From Macrostomum lignano (taxonomy: Eukaryota): DNA of 29,964 bases. Below the pieces are notes generated by a model. The model worked only from the letters and a program-made list of their open reading frames with translations. It was not told the origin of the DNA and made no database searches. Below, in pieces: positions 1-11,387 of the stretch (position 1 is its first letter; the number at the start of each line of letters is the position of its first letter). The position numbers and the translations under genes were made by a program. The stretch spans positions 1 to 29,964 of the forward strand of contig NIVC01004965.1 in assembly GCA_002269645.1 (NCBI GenBank), given 5' to 3'.

Positions 1-190
1 CCCCACACTGAGTAGAAGAATTCCTCCACCCAGACAACTGGAAAATACGCCCCACACTGATAGAAGAATTCCCTCCACTCACAACTGAAAATACCCCACA
101 CTGAGTAGAAGAATTCCCTCCAATCAACAACTGGAAAATAACTCATGTTGAGTAAAGAATTCCCCCCTCCCACTCATGAACCGGAAGATT
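1..190. repeat. Degenerate ~45-50 bp minisatellite (CCCCACACTGAGTAGAAGAATTCC...CAACTGGAAAATA), intronic, truncated by window start
   Basis: Unit restarts near 1, 50 and 94. A related GAGTAGAAGAATTC sequence recurs near 1938-1951. Confidence 0.85.
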
Positions 191-271
191 CTCATAATTT
201 AGTAACTACGAGCTAAAAAGGTTGAAGAAAAATGCCCGGTGAAGAAAAATACTACACTAATAGATCCACAG

Positions 272-1135
272 GCAATGACTGGCTGCAGGCCTGGCGGGAC
301 CGACTCAACTGGGACGGGCATCGGCCTGGATTGACAGGTGGCTGCGGCATCAAACACCGGACGATTACTGCGCAGGGGCTCTGTGAGGTTCGGCCTGAAC
401 CAGCTGACTGTCCCGGTGCTGCTCATCGGCGGCTGGCACGATCTGTACTCGGACGCGCTGCTCCGCCTGGCCGACCGCCTGCCCAACACGGCCAGCTGCG
501 CCCTGCTTGGCCCCTGGTCTCACGACTGGCCGGACACGGCCGCCCCGGGCCCGAGGCTTGCCTTCACTGACGAGTGCCTGCGCTGGTGGCGGTGCACCTG
601 GTCGGAGAGGCCGGCGTCAGCCAACAGTTGGCGCCGATCTGCGATTTCGCGTCTTCAACGACTCGACAAACAATGTCAGGAATGGGAGCGGTGTGGCGCG
701 GCCGCTGGCTGGCTGCCGACAGCTATCGGAGCTGCTGGCTCCAGCAGGCCGGGCTGCCCAGTTTCGGCTGACTGGAGGTCAGCAACTCGAGTCTGGCTCG
801 GAGCCGAGCCGGCCGACTGCTGGTCTGTCGATTTGTCGTCTCGGGTCGAATGCGGTTTCGCCTATCCGGAGTTTCTGTCGTTTGGCATAAAGACGACGCG
901 CCTGATCAGGCGATTAGCAACCGCATGGCAACCGTGTGGCGGGTGGACAGCCTGGGCGAGGATCTGGACCTGTTTGGCAGCGCCGAGGCGTCGCTGAATC
1001 TTCAGCTGGTTCAGGCGAATCGTCGGCCAATCCAACCGCTTCGCCCACTATCGGTGTCCGACTGTCCGAACGCGATCGGACACTGGCCGGGAGACCCTAG
1101 TAACCTGGGGAGTGGCCAATTTGAATCTGATGCAG
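272..1135 (+). CDS. CocE/NonD-family (peptidase S15-like) serine hydrolase, internal exon, frameshifted about 10 times in this sequence
   Basis: Acceptor CACAG at 267-271 with CACTAAT branch-like site; donor GT at 1136. Stitched frames read GNDWLQAWRDRL / WIDRWLRHQTPDDY / RRGSV..VPVLLIGGWHDLYSDA..LLGPWSHDWPD..PGPRLAFTDECLRWW / ..DQ..LGEDLDLFG..L / IGVRLSE / TLVTWGVANL. GWxD (431-442) and GPWSH (509-523) match the catalytic Asp and His motifs of CocE. The Ser nucleophile would lie in upstream exons outside the window. Confidence 0.8.
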
Positions 1136-1229
1136 GTAGCTGACTGTGATGTATTCACTGCGGTACTACTGATAGTACCTACCACTGATAAAATGCAAGA
1201 CAACATTCACGTCGCCAAAACTGGTTTTT

Positions 1230-1347
1230 CAGAGGAGAGCTGAAGAGAGGAAGAGAGAGAAGAGGAGAGGAGATGAGAGGGGAGGAGAGGAGAGGGGAGG
1301 AGAGGAGACGAGAGGGAGGAGATGAGAGGAGAGGAGAGGAGAGGAGC
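1230..1347. repeat. (GAGGA)n-like purine microsatellite in intron
   Basis: Direct reading: gaggagaggagagg... Confidence 0.9.
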
Positions 1348-1425
1348 AGATGGTGTAAAGATCCCACAAGCGGTCCAGCTGTGGCAGGCCGCAGTGCAGC
1401 AAACTTCACCGATCCGCCCTCGCAG

Positions 1426-1764
1426 GACACCAACGGATTCGCTACAAACTCGACTCGTCAATTCTCGGCCGCCGAGTTATTGTCCGGCTTCGAGCCGCCA
1501 CCACCGGTTCGCCCGCGGCGGGGCGTGGTGCTGGCCCTGTCTTCGGGCCTGTGGCCGCTGGCCTGGCGATGCCCGGGCACCAGCGGCTCGGTGCTGCGAG
1601 TTCGCGTGTCAGCAGAGCAGCCGGAGCGAACGTTCTGCGTCTGCCACTGCTGAGCGCTGAGGCTGCGGCTGAGGCGGCTCAGCTGGCTAAGAAGGACGAG
1701 CTGTTGAGCGCTCCGCCCAGGCTGGGCCCGGCGCCGCCTCTGCTTCAGCTGAGCAGTCGGGTTG
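1426..1764 (+). CDS. CocE/NonD hydrolase, penultimate exon (C-terminal beta-sandwich region), one frameshift near 1630-1645
   Basis: Acceptor TCGCAG at 1420-1425 in phase 0, matching the previous donor. VLALSSGLWPLAWRCP matches the family motif RLAxSxxxWPxxWPxP, followed by LRLPLL after a -1 shift. The donor is at 1761 or 1765; 1765 gives the phase needed for the next exon. Confidence 0.7.
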
Positions 1765-1929
1765 GTTGGCTGACAATTTTAGCTACTGTTAGACTAAGCA
1801 TTTGCAATTGCTCTTTATTTAGGCAAAAGCTACCGCGTTCCTCACAATGGGTAGAAATGCATAGGTACCACCGGGAAATTCCACCTCATTTAGTAGACGA
1901 ATTTCTCCCACTCATCAAATAAGACGATT

Positions 1930-2425
1930 CCCCATCGAGTAGAAGAATTCAACAGAGAATTCCTCTCTTTGAGTGAAAGAATTCCCCTCATCAACAGAGA
2001 ATTCCTCTCTTTGAGTGAAAGAATTCCCTCATCAGCTGAGAATTCCTCTCTGAAAGAAAGAATGCCCCTCATCAACTGCGAATTCCTCTCTTTGAGTGAA
2101 AGATTCCCCTCATCAACAGAGAATTCCTCTCTTTGAGTGAAGGAATTCCCTCATCAACTGAGAATTCCTCTCTTTGGGTGAAAGGATTCCTCATCAACTG
2201 AGAATTCCTCTCTTTGGTGAAAGGATTCCCTTCATCAACTGAGAATTCCTCTCTTTGAGTGAAAGGATTCCCTCATCAACAGAATTCCTCTCTTTGAGTG
2301 AAGCAATTCCCCTCATCAACAGAATTCTCTCTTGAGTGAAGGAATTCCCTCATCAACAGAATTCCTCTCTTTGAGTGAAGGAATTCCCTCATCAACAGAA
2401 TTCCTCTCTTTGAGTGAAGGAATCG
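1930..2425. repeat. ~41-43 bp minisatellite (AGAGAATTCCTCTCTTTGAGTGAAAGGAATTCCCTCATCAAC), ~11 copies, intronic
   Basis: Direct reading. Two GAATTC-type cores per unit; units vary by single-base indels. Confidence 0.92.
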
Positions 2426-2820
2426 TTCTTCATCGATTTAACTGGTAGGATTTTGCCTGCACCTTCTGCTCACGTCGGATAACAAAGAGTTGAACTCCAA
2501 GCACGGTATTTCTGGGCCCAGGCTGCTGCGGTCTACAGCCAGCCGAGGCAATGGCCATGCCTTTAGGCCGCAGATGCGGGCGCGAGAAAAGTGAAGCAGC
2601 GCCTCCACTGTCTCTCCTTTTATTTTAAACATAAGCATACGCGTGGGAACGAAAATTCTTATGCTACATAGAAAAAATGCAAATTGCGCAGCTAGTTTTA
2701 GGCGCAGCCGCGCTTCGGAAATACGAGTATGGCGGCATTCTATGCAGCTCATAATCGACTTTGAATTTTTTTACTGGTTAGAGACCTTTCTTTGTATTTT
2801 ATAACTTTGAAAAAACCCTT

Positions 2821-3314
<494 letters not shown>

Positions 3315-3388
3315 TTCCCCTTCATCAGGTGAAAAAGACGAATTCCCCTTTCTCAAGCCATAAGCCTGATTAACTCGTCAATTTCCAG

Positions 3389-3807
3389 ACGGCAGTTTCG
3401 GCTCCGCGGACCCCAACTTTCACCGCTGGCTGGAGTGGGACCTGGTCACCGAGCGCTGGGTTCACCACCTGGAGTCAGACTATTGCCCCGCGATCGAGCT
3501 GCTGCTGCCTGATCAGCACGGGGTCAGGCTCAGGTGGCACCGGCACTACTGGCATGGCATCGGAGGCGGCGAGGCCCACGGAGACGACTGCAATCCCACA
3601 TCGGAGGCTGAGCACCAGCTAGAAGTGAGCTGGCCTGCTCAACAAACTGATGTAGCAGTCCACGCCAGCTGCTACCTTGGCTACGACTCCAGCAGCAGTG
3701 GAGGTGGCCACCACTTTGTCTCGAGAGCTCGACTGAGAATTCTGCTCAATGGCCGAGAGTTCTTCTGTCGGGATTATTCGGACAGAATAGCGAATGCGAC
3801 CGCTTGA
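3389..3807 (+). CDS. CocE/NonD hydrolase, last exon (C-terminal extension)
   Basis: Acceptor TTTCCAG at 3382-3388. Uninterrupted frame DGSFGSADPNFHRWLEWDLVTERW...GDDCNPTSEAEHQLEVSW...HFVSRARLRILLNGREFFCRDYSDRIANATA-stop, resembling the C-terminal tail of long (~670 aa) bacterial CocE/NonD proteins (recalled family pattern, not searched). Confidence 0.7.
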
Positions 3808-3837
3808 TCGACATCATGACAGGCGCTTGAGTACAGT

Positions 3838-4615
3838 CAGACTGGGAATTCCCTGAGATGGACAGGAGAGACTCAGACTGGCAATTCCCTGAGATGGACA
3901 GGAGAGACTCAGACTGGCAATTCCCTGAGATGGACAGGAGAGACTCAGACTGGCAATTCCCTGAGATGGACAGGAGAGACTCAGACTGGCAATTCCCTGA
4001 GATGGACAGGAGAGACTCAGACTGGCAATTCCCTGAGATGGACAGGAGAGACTCAGACTGGCAATTCCCTGAAATGGACAGGAGAGACTCAGACTGGCAA
4101 TTCCCTGAGATGGACAGGAGAGACTCAGACTGGCAATTCCCTGAGATGGACAGGAGAGACTCAGACTGGCAATTCCCTGAGATGGACAGGAGAGACTCAG
4201 ACTGGCAATTCCCTGAGATGGACAGGAGAGACTCAGTAAGGAATTTCCTGGGATTGGCTGGGTAGACTCTGTGGGAATTCCTTAAGATTGGCAGAAGAGA
4301 CTCAGTGGGAATTCTCTGAGATTGGCAGGAGAGATTCAGTAAGGAATTCCCTGAGATTGGCTGGGTAGACTCTGTGGGAATTCCTTAAGATTGGCAGAAG
4401 AGACTCAGTGGGAATTCTCTGAGATTGGCAGGAGAGATTCAGTAAGGAATTTCCTGAGATTGGCTGGGTAGACTCTGTGGGAATTCCTTAAGATTGGCAG
4501 GAGTGACTCAGTGGGGAATTCCCTGAGATTGGCGGGAGAGGCTCGGCGGGGAATTCTCTGAGATTGGCAGGAGAGACTCAGAGGGGAATTCCCTCAGATT
4601 GGCTGGGGAGACTCA
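3838..4615. repeat. Compound minisatellite: ~11 near-identical 36 bp units (CAATTCCCTGAGATGGACAGGAGAGACTCAGACTGG), then ~12 diverged ~31 bp units (GGGAATTCCCTGAGATTGGCAGGAGAGACTCAGT)
   Basis: Direct reading. Gives the spurious MDRRDSDWQFPE ORF. Confidence 0.95.
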
Positions 4616-4849
4616 AAGTTCTCTGTGCTTGTAAGCTGGTGGAGGTTTGATACGAGGGTAAATAATCATAAATCTGTAGCAATGTAGCATTTTAGGCAAC
4701 TTTGAGTCAAAATGTTTGAAATAAATGAAGAATAACGAAACGTTTTTCGATATAATCTATTGTTGTATTGTTAAAGAATGAACAGAATGAACTTCATGTT
4801 TGTTTCCAACGCATTTTGGTTACCATGGCAACCGATGCTCATTTCCTGG

Positions 4850-6761
4850 TCAGTTCCTAGACTTCTCCCTGGCCCTCAGCCACAGACAGGCAAAGGCCAG
4901 CAGCCGCAGGCCGAGAATCAGGGCGCACAGCATGCCCAGATTGAAGCCCGTTCGCTCCGCGCTAAAGTTCAAACTTTCGATGACGTCACTGCCGGTGCGG
5001 AAACACCTGCCGCTGCTGCCGTCCAACGGACAGCTGATGTTGGCCACGCGGCTCCACTGGTTCACCACCAGGGTCTCGTAGCCGTAGCTGAACCAGGACA
5101 GGTAGCGGAGCCAGTCCAGCCAGACAGGTATGCTGGCCTGGTTGAGGAAGAACCGCCCAGGAGCAGGAAGGGCAGGATGGCCGGGTTGGACACGGCCAGG
5201 GCGATGTCGATTCGGCCGCTGGCGGTGGCTACAAAGTAGGCCAGGGAGACGGCCGACTTGCAGATGAGCACAACCACGAGGAGGGCCATCAAGAAGGCCG
5301 GCAGGCTGCGCTCCAGCCCGATGGCCCAGTAGATGACCACAGTGAAGCTGAACGGAAGCAGCAGGAAGAGCGGCGTCTCTGCCAAATTCTTGCACAGGAA
5401 GTAGGCGTCCACCCGGTACATGCCGTTGTGATGCTCTCGAAAAAAAATCGGCAACTCCAGCGGGAAAGAGTTGAGCACAGTGTAGAAGTTTGAGAAGGTT
5501 GTGTTAGTCAGGAATAGGAACAGCGCGCCGTTCAAGTTCATCACTCCGTTCTGGTCGTAGCGTTGGTCAAAGTAAACGGCGGCCACGATCACCGCCACCA
5601 CGATGGTCTGCAGGATGCGCACGGCGAAGACGTTCGCGTCGCGAGCCTGGGCCAGCCAGCAGCGCCACAGCAGCGCCAGCACCTGCCGGCTCCAGGACGC
5701 TCGGTAGGGCGACTGGCCCGTCAACTGGCTGGCCACGCTGGCCACCTGCTGGCTGTCGCAGAAGTCCCGACAGCGGACGGCCTCCAGCACGGCCTCGGCC
5801 AGGGCCGATTTTGCGAACGTGACGGCCAGCTGGTCGACTCGCTGCCGGCACTCGGCTTCCGAGCCGGCGCGCACAGCCAGCGCGTGCACGAAATGGTCGG
5901 CCGGGTTGAAGTTGGCCGGGCACGGGTAGCCGCAGTCGGCGAAGAATCCGAGCGCGTCCGACGCCGGGCCCAGATAGGCGACCCGGCCCTCGGCCATCAG
6001 CATCAGCTGGTCGAACAGGGCGAACGACTCCGAGGACGGCTGGTGGATGGTGCACAGAATGGTGCGGCCGTTGGCGGCCAATCGCCGGAGAGTCCGCACG
6101 ACAGTCTCGGCCATGTAGCTGTCCAGCCCGGAGGTCGGCTCGTCGCAGAACATCAGTGGCGGATTGGTTAGCAACTCGGACGCGAAGCTGAGGCGCTTCA
6201 TCTCGCCGCCTGAGATGCCCTTGCGCGTGCCGGGATTCCCTATGTAGTCTTCGGCGCACTTGACCAGTCCCATCTCGTCCAGCACTTCCTCGACTCTTTG
6301 GCGCCGGTCCTGCAGCGACATTTTCGACTCCATGCGTAGCAGCGCCTGAAACCAGAGGTGCTCCCGAACCTTCAGCGTCCCGATGAACATGTCGTCCTGC
6401 TGCACGTAAGCCGACAAAGCTTTGATGCCTTTGTCAACGCTAAGGCCGTTCACCTTGACTGAGCCCTGAATGGTCAGGCTGGACTGGTTTCTGGCCGTGA
6501 GCACGTTGAGCAGAGTGCTCTTGCCGGCCCCGGACGCGCCCAGGATGGCCAGCAGGGTGCCAGGCTTGGCCACGCCGGTCACCCCGTGTAGGATCTGCTT
6601 CCTGGCGTCCGTCTCGTAGGCCCGGCCGCAGCAGTCGGTGGCGATGACAGGTGCGAATACGTTGACATTCTCCCAGGCCAGTGTGATGGAGCTGATTGTT
6701 TCTACCAGGGTGAGGCTGCGCCTGTACCGGCTCGAGTCCCGGCTGGGCTGTCTGTCAGTGC
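4850..6761 (-). CDS. white: White-type ABCG half transporter, exon 2 (NBD + TMD), one 1-bp deletion near 5151-5153
   Basis: Walker A GASGAGKS, Q-loop YVQQDD, signature ISGGEMKRLSFA, Walker B FCDEPTSGLD, H-loop TIHQP, white-typical CPANFNPADHF. Six TM segments; LLLGG[F]FLNQASIPVWLDWLRYLSWFSYGYETLVVNQW spans the frameshift. Acceptor CTCTTCAG at 6769-6762 in phase 1. Confidence 0.9.
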
Positions 6762-7494
6762 CTGAAGAGCGGTGGTTGTGCTGCAAGGGTGACAGTCGGC
6801 CGCCTCATTCGGGCTCCGGACCCAACTAGCTTTCCTTTCTTTTGCCAATGCTTTCTTGTCATTTACTATTTCGAGCGCCTTGCCCATAGACATCTGAATA
6901 AAACTATAAATACGAGTAGATAAGCCGGACGCTTTCAGTTCTAAGACGTCCTTAGTTAACACATCTTTATTGAAAGTTCCGACACTTTTAAGCCCAGTGC
7001 AAAAACGGAAGCAGCTCTGCAAACACAAATTTGGTGTCATTTCCTGACTGTCTGACAGTGAAAGCGACAATGAATATAGAACACGATGGCTTGTCCTTAA
7101 AGAAACTAACTGTTGGCTTTAGTCATCATTACCCTTCAAGGCAGCCTTCTCAACATAAGCCTCAACCTGTAGCACCACTGCGTCCACATGCAGTTGCGCT
7201 ATAAGCTGAACACTGCCCCCCGCCGTTCACTGCTGCCACACCTGCATGACCACATAAAAAGTTACAGCAATTGACATAATTGAATATTACGCAGTTTTAT
7301 GAAATTTGTTTGCGCAAACTTTCTTATCGGGCGTCCATGACTGATATGTAGAAGTTACTAATGGGCACACACTGGAGGACGGGCAGTGCAACTGACAAAA
7401 AATAAAAGTTGATAGCCAACTATCTATCATTTCCCTGTCCCTGTCAGTGTGATATGCGTTGTCAATACCACAGCACAGCTACTGAGTATCTGAA

Positions 7495-7895
7495 AGGCTG
7501 GCACAGCAACTGAGGATCTGGGAGGCTGGCACAGCAACTGAGGATCTGGGAGGCTGGCCCAGCAACTGAGGATCTGGGAGGCTGGCACAGCAACTGAGGA
7601 TCTGGGAGGCTGGCTGGCCCAGAAACTGAGGATCTGGGAGGCTGGCTGGCCTAGAAACTGAGGATCTGGGAGGCTGGCACAGAAACTGAGGATCTGGGAG
7701 GCTGGCCCAGCAACTGAGGATCTGGGAGGCTGAATCATCGACTGAGGATCTGAGAGGCTGGCACAGCAACTGAGGATCTGGGAGGCTGGCACAGCACCTG
7801 AGGATCTGGGAGGCTGGCACAGCAACTGAGGATCTGGGAGGCTGGCACAGCAACTGAGGATCTGGGATGCTGGCACAGCAACTGAGGATCTGGGA
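7495..7895. repeat. 28 bp minisatellite (GCACAGCAACTGAGGATCTGGGAGGCTG), ~14 copies, in white intron 1
   Basis: Direct reading; period 7501 to 7529. Confidence 0.95.
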
Positions 7896-7975
7896 GTTAC
7901 TGTAGCTCTCATGTTCTCACCCAAATCAGGACCAGCAACTCTGGTAGATCACTCCAGAATCGAACCCCTGCTCAC

Positions 7976-8192
7976 CGTAGGTATTCCCATTTCCAAGCGT
8001 CATGCCAGCCGCAGCCTTCTGCCTCGGAGTTGGGTACTCCTTCTCGATGAAGGTCTCGTAGCCTGACTGGTCGCTGGCCGCTGCAGCCTCCACATCCGAC
8101 GGCATCAACGGCAGCTCCTCCTCCGCCGCTGCCGCTGCTGCTGAGTTGCTTCGGCGGCCGAACCTGCCAGAACTCGACTGTGTTCTCGGCAT
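7976..8192 (-). CDS. white: White-type ABCG transporter, exon 1 (low-complexity cytoplasmic N-terminus, 72 codons + 1 nt)
   Basis: ATG at 8192. Donor G/GTGAGC at 7975 in phase 1 joins exon 2 in frame as ..GNTY-G-TDRQPS... Confidence 0.72.
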
Positions 8193-9339
8193 TCCTCTCC
8201 TACGCCCTTCGTTTTACTCAATAGTAATAAAGAGGCCTGAGCGCCTGGCTAAATGCTGTGTTGGGCTGATCTGGTTTCAAAGGTAGCCTTTGCGCTGACC
8301 AATTTTCTACAAGCGAGCCTCCGCGCGAAGGTGAGAGTAAACCCCCGATAAGCGACTGAACTGATAACGAGGGTCGAGCAAGATCGAGACAGACAGAGAG
8401 ACACGATAGAATTTCGGCACCAACCCCCTTCCACCCATAGCCGTGCCAAGTGCTGTCAAAGCTCCTACCGTCAGCCTTTCAAAATCAACGTGCGCGGTGG
8501 TCTGATTTATTTAAACAAATAAACGTATAGTTTAATTAGCAAGTTGTAAAGATAAGACAATTACGAGCATATCCTATTTATACATTGAATCAGCTGGACT
8601 CTCCTACACCCCATACTGTGCGCTTCTATTGCTACTGACAGTAGCCAGGCTTGTCTGAAAAGCAGAGAAAACTATTTCAATTAGAAATAAAAAACATTAT
8701 GGCTCATAATAAAGTACAGCAAGGAATAGCAAATCCGAACTCGGAACTCGGTGAACTAAAAAATGTGATTTCTTCCAATTCTTCTTATCAGAGTCGCCGC
8801 GCACCTGGGACACCTGTTTACTGGCGGCTGTCAGTCAGATAAAACTTTCTCCTCCTCGAAGTGATGAGCGACTAACTGCGGGCTCGCCATCATCTTAATA
8901 TAAAAAGTACAAATGCAGCAGCTTTGTATTTGTATTGGTCCGGTGCGCAGTGGAATGCGTCAGGGCGTGAGGGGAATGATGCCAATTCCTGTCTCTGCTG
9001 ATTTGCACTTTTTTGCGCTGAATTCTTACATTTCCCAGCATCCTCTTTCACGGCTAGGCTTTGCTATGATTGAAATTATTTTCAAGACTTCTCTTCTTGA
9101 CTTTGAGAACTTTGGTGTTGAAATCTGACACCAGCGCTCACAGCTGACTGTGCTTGCTGTGCCTGTGCGCTTTCAAAAACTTCGATGTTCAATGATTTTC
9201 TCTTAGAGAAACTCCGTCTTTGCCTGCCAGCGGCCCTGTCTGCTTTCATCTGCCCTCCTCGCTCCTCTTTTGCCAGGATTAATCTGACTTTTCCTTCTCT
9301 CTTACTTCCCTCCTAATATTTGTCTCTATAATCTTACTC

Positions 9340-9900
9340 CACTTCTCTCCCTGCCTGTCCCTCCACTTCTCTCCCTCCCTGTCACTCCACTTCTCTCCCT
9401 CCCAGTCAGTCTACATCTCTTCCTTCCTGCTCCTCTACTTCTCTCCCTCCCTGTCACTCAACTTCTCTCCCTCCCTGTCAATCTACTTCTCCCTCCCTGT
9501 CACTCTACTTCTCTTCCTCCCTGTCACTCTACTTCTCTTCCTCCCTGTCACTCTACTTCTCTCCCTCCCTGTCACTCCACTTCTCTCCCTCCCTGTCACT
9601 CCACTTCTCTTCCTCCCTGTCACTCCACTTCTCTCCCTCCCTGTCACTCCACTTCTCTCCCTCCCTGTCACTCCACTTCTCTTCCTCCCTGTCACTCCAC
9701 TTCTCTACCTCCCTGTCAGTCTACTTCTCTCCCTCCCTGTCACTCAACTTCTCTCCCTCCCTGTCTCTCTACTTCTCTCCCGATCTGTCACTCTACTTCT
9801 CTCCATCCCTGTCATTCAACTTCTCTAACTCCCTGTCACTCCACTTCTCTCCCTCCCTGTCACTCTACTTCTCTCAATCCCACTCTACTTCTCTCCCTCG
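9340..9900. repeat. 24 bp pyrimidine-rich minisatellite (CTCCACTTCTCTCCCTCCCTGTCA), ~23 copies
   Basis: Direct reading. Confidence 0.93.
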
Positions 9901-10509
9901 GTGCCTCATCCTCACATCCCAACACCTTTGCGTGACTTACGCCATGTTAACACCTGCTTATATGCCACTCCCCAGCTCCCTTCCTGGCCCTATTTAAACT
10001 CCCCCCATATCCGGCAACTAATGGCTGCGCCCTGACCCAGGTATGCCGCTGGCTAATGCCCCGCAGCCTCAGCCTCCATCATCAATCAGAGAAGGCTGAA
10101 ATTTCGGAAGCGCCACACAAAAAAAGCTGATCTAATGGTCGGTCTCGCAGAGGTCATTCAATGTCAAACAGAGTTGACCCCCAGACTGGAAAATTTGCCT
10201 GTCTTTTAGCTATAAGAAGCCCCGAAGTCGGTTTAAACGGAGACTGCAGAAACATTTTTTGTTTCCTGGTAGCTTCATTTTATTTTCGCGGAGTCATGAA
10301 GGGGATTATCCAACAGTTTCGTTAAAACTATACAGCCTCCACGGGGTCACGGAGGTCAAATTTAAAAAGCATTTTTCCGTCTCGCCCAAACTTCTCGTTT
10401 CTTGACCCGACAGCACCAGTTTTAATTGGGTGTTTCTTGGAAATAAGAAAACTCGATGGCAAGGCACCCCTCATCTTCATCATCTCTTCATTCATCATCT
10501 CATCATTCA

Positions 10510-11150
10510 TCAGTCTCTCCCTCTCAGTCTCCCTCTCAGACTCTCCCTCCCAGTCACTCCCCTCCGAGTCTCTCCCCTGTCAGTCTCTCCCTCCCAGTCT
10601 CTCCCTCCCAGTCTCTCCCTCTCAGACTCTTCCCCTATCAGTCTCAGACTTTCCCTCCCAGTCTCTCCCTCTCAGTCCCTCCCAGTCTCTCCTTCTCAGT
10701 CTCTCCCCTGTCAGTCTCTCCCTTGTCAGTTTCTCCCCTGTCAGTCTCTCCCCTGTCAGTCTCTCCCTGTCAGTCTCTCCCTGTCAGTCTCTCCCTCCCA
10801 GTCTCTCCTTCTCAGTCTCTCCCCTGTCAGTCTCTCCCTTGTCAGTCTCTCCCCTGTCAGTCTCTCCCCTGTCAGTCTCTCCCTGTCAGTCTCTCCCTGT
10901 CAGTCTCTCCCTCCCAGTCTCTCCTTCTCACTCTCTCCCTCCCAGTCTCTCCCTTGTCAGTCTCTCCCCTCTCAGTCTCTCCCTCTCAGTCTCTCCCTCT
11001 CAGTCTCTCCCTCTCAGTCTCTCCCTCTCAGTCTCTCCCTCTCAGTCTCTCCCGCTCAGTCTCTCCCGCTCAGTTTCTCCTCTCAGTCTCTTCTTCTCAG
11101 TCTCTCCCTCTTTAAGTCTCTCCCTCTCTCAATCTCTCACTCAGTCCCCC
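10510..11150. repeat. 13-15 bp pyrimidine-rich minisatellite (CAGTCTCTCCCTCT / CAGTCTCTCCCCTGT)
   Basis: Direct reading. Confidence 0.93.
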
Positions 11151-11387
11151 ATCTCTGAGACTTTCCCTCGGTCTTTTCTCATTTCGGATTACAATTCCTC
11201 ATAGAAAAATATTTTACACAACATATCGTTAGATGACCATCGATTTCTCAGTATGAAAGCTTCAAGGCTCAACAAGGAGGTTCAATTATAATCGATTACA
11301 AGAAAAAACTCATGTCGAAAGCTGTAAAAGTGCAATGCACAAAGAAATTAGTCCGTTTTATATCTGCTCAAGTGCGCAGAGCAACCG

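Noticed and set aside
3858-4265. 36-bp direct repeats resembling a CRISPR repeat length / MDRRDSDWQFPE repeat protein
   Set aside because: Units are head-to-tail with no unique spacers, there are no cas genes, and the context is eukaryotic. The ORF is only a translation of a 3n repeat.
5563-6259. Overlapping GC-rich ORFs on alternative frames of white (similarly over the LRR and UBR exons)
   Set aside because: Shadow ORFs expected from high GC3 coding sequence.
6762-6786. TTG start predicted for the ABC transporter ORF
   Set aside because: A eukaryotic gene; a phase-compatible acceptor at 6762 and an upstream ATG exon (8192-7976) explain the 5' end.
6840-7260. Protein-like minus-strand frames in white intron 1 (e.g. 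KDVLELKASGLSTRIYSF)
   Set aside because: No recognisable domain and interrupted by stops; could be a decayed transposon but unsupported without a search.
8650-9300. Possible decayed transposase fragments upstream of white
   Set aside because: Short open stretches without identifiable motifs.
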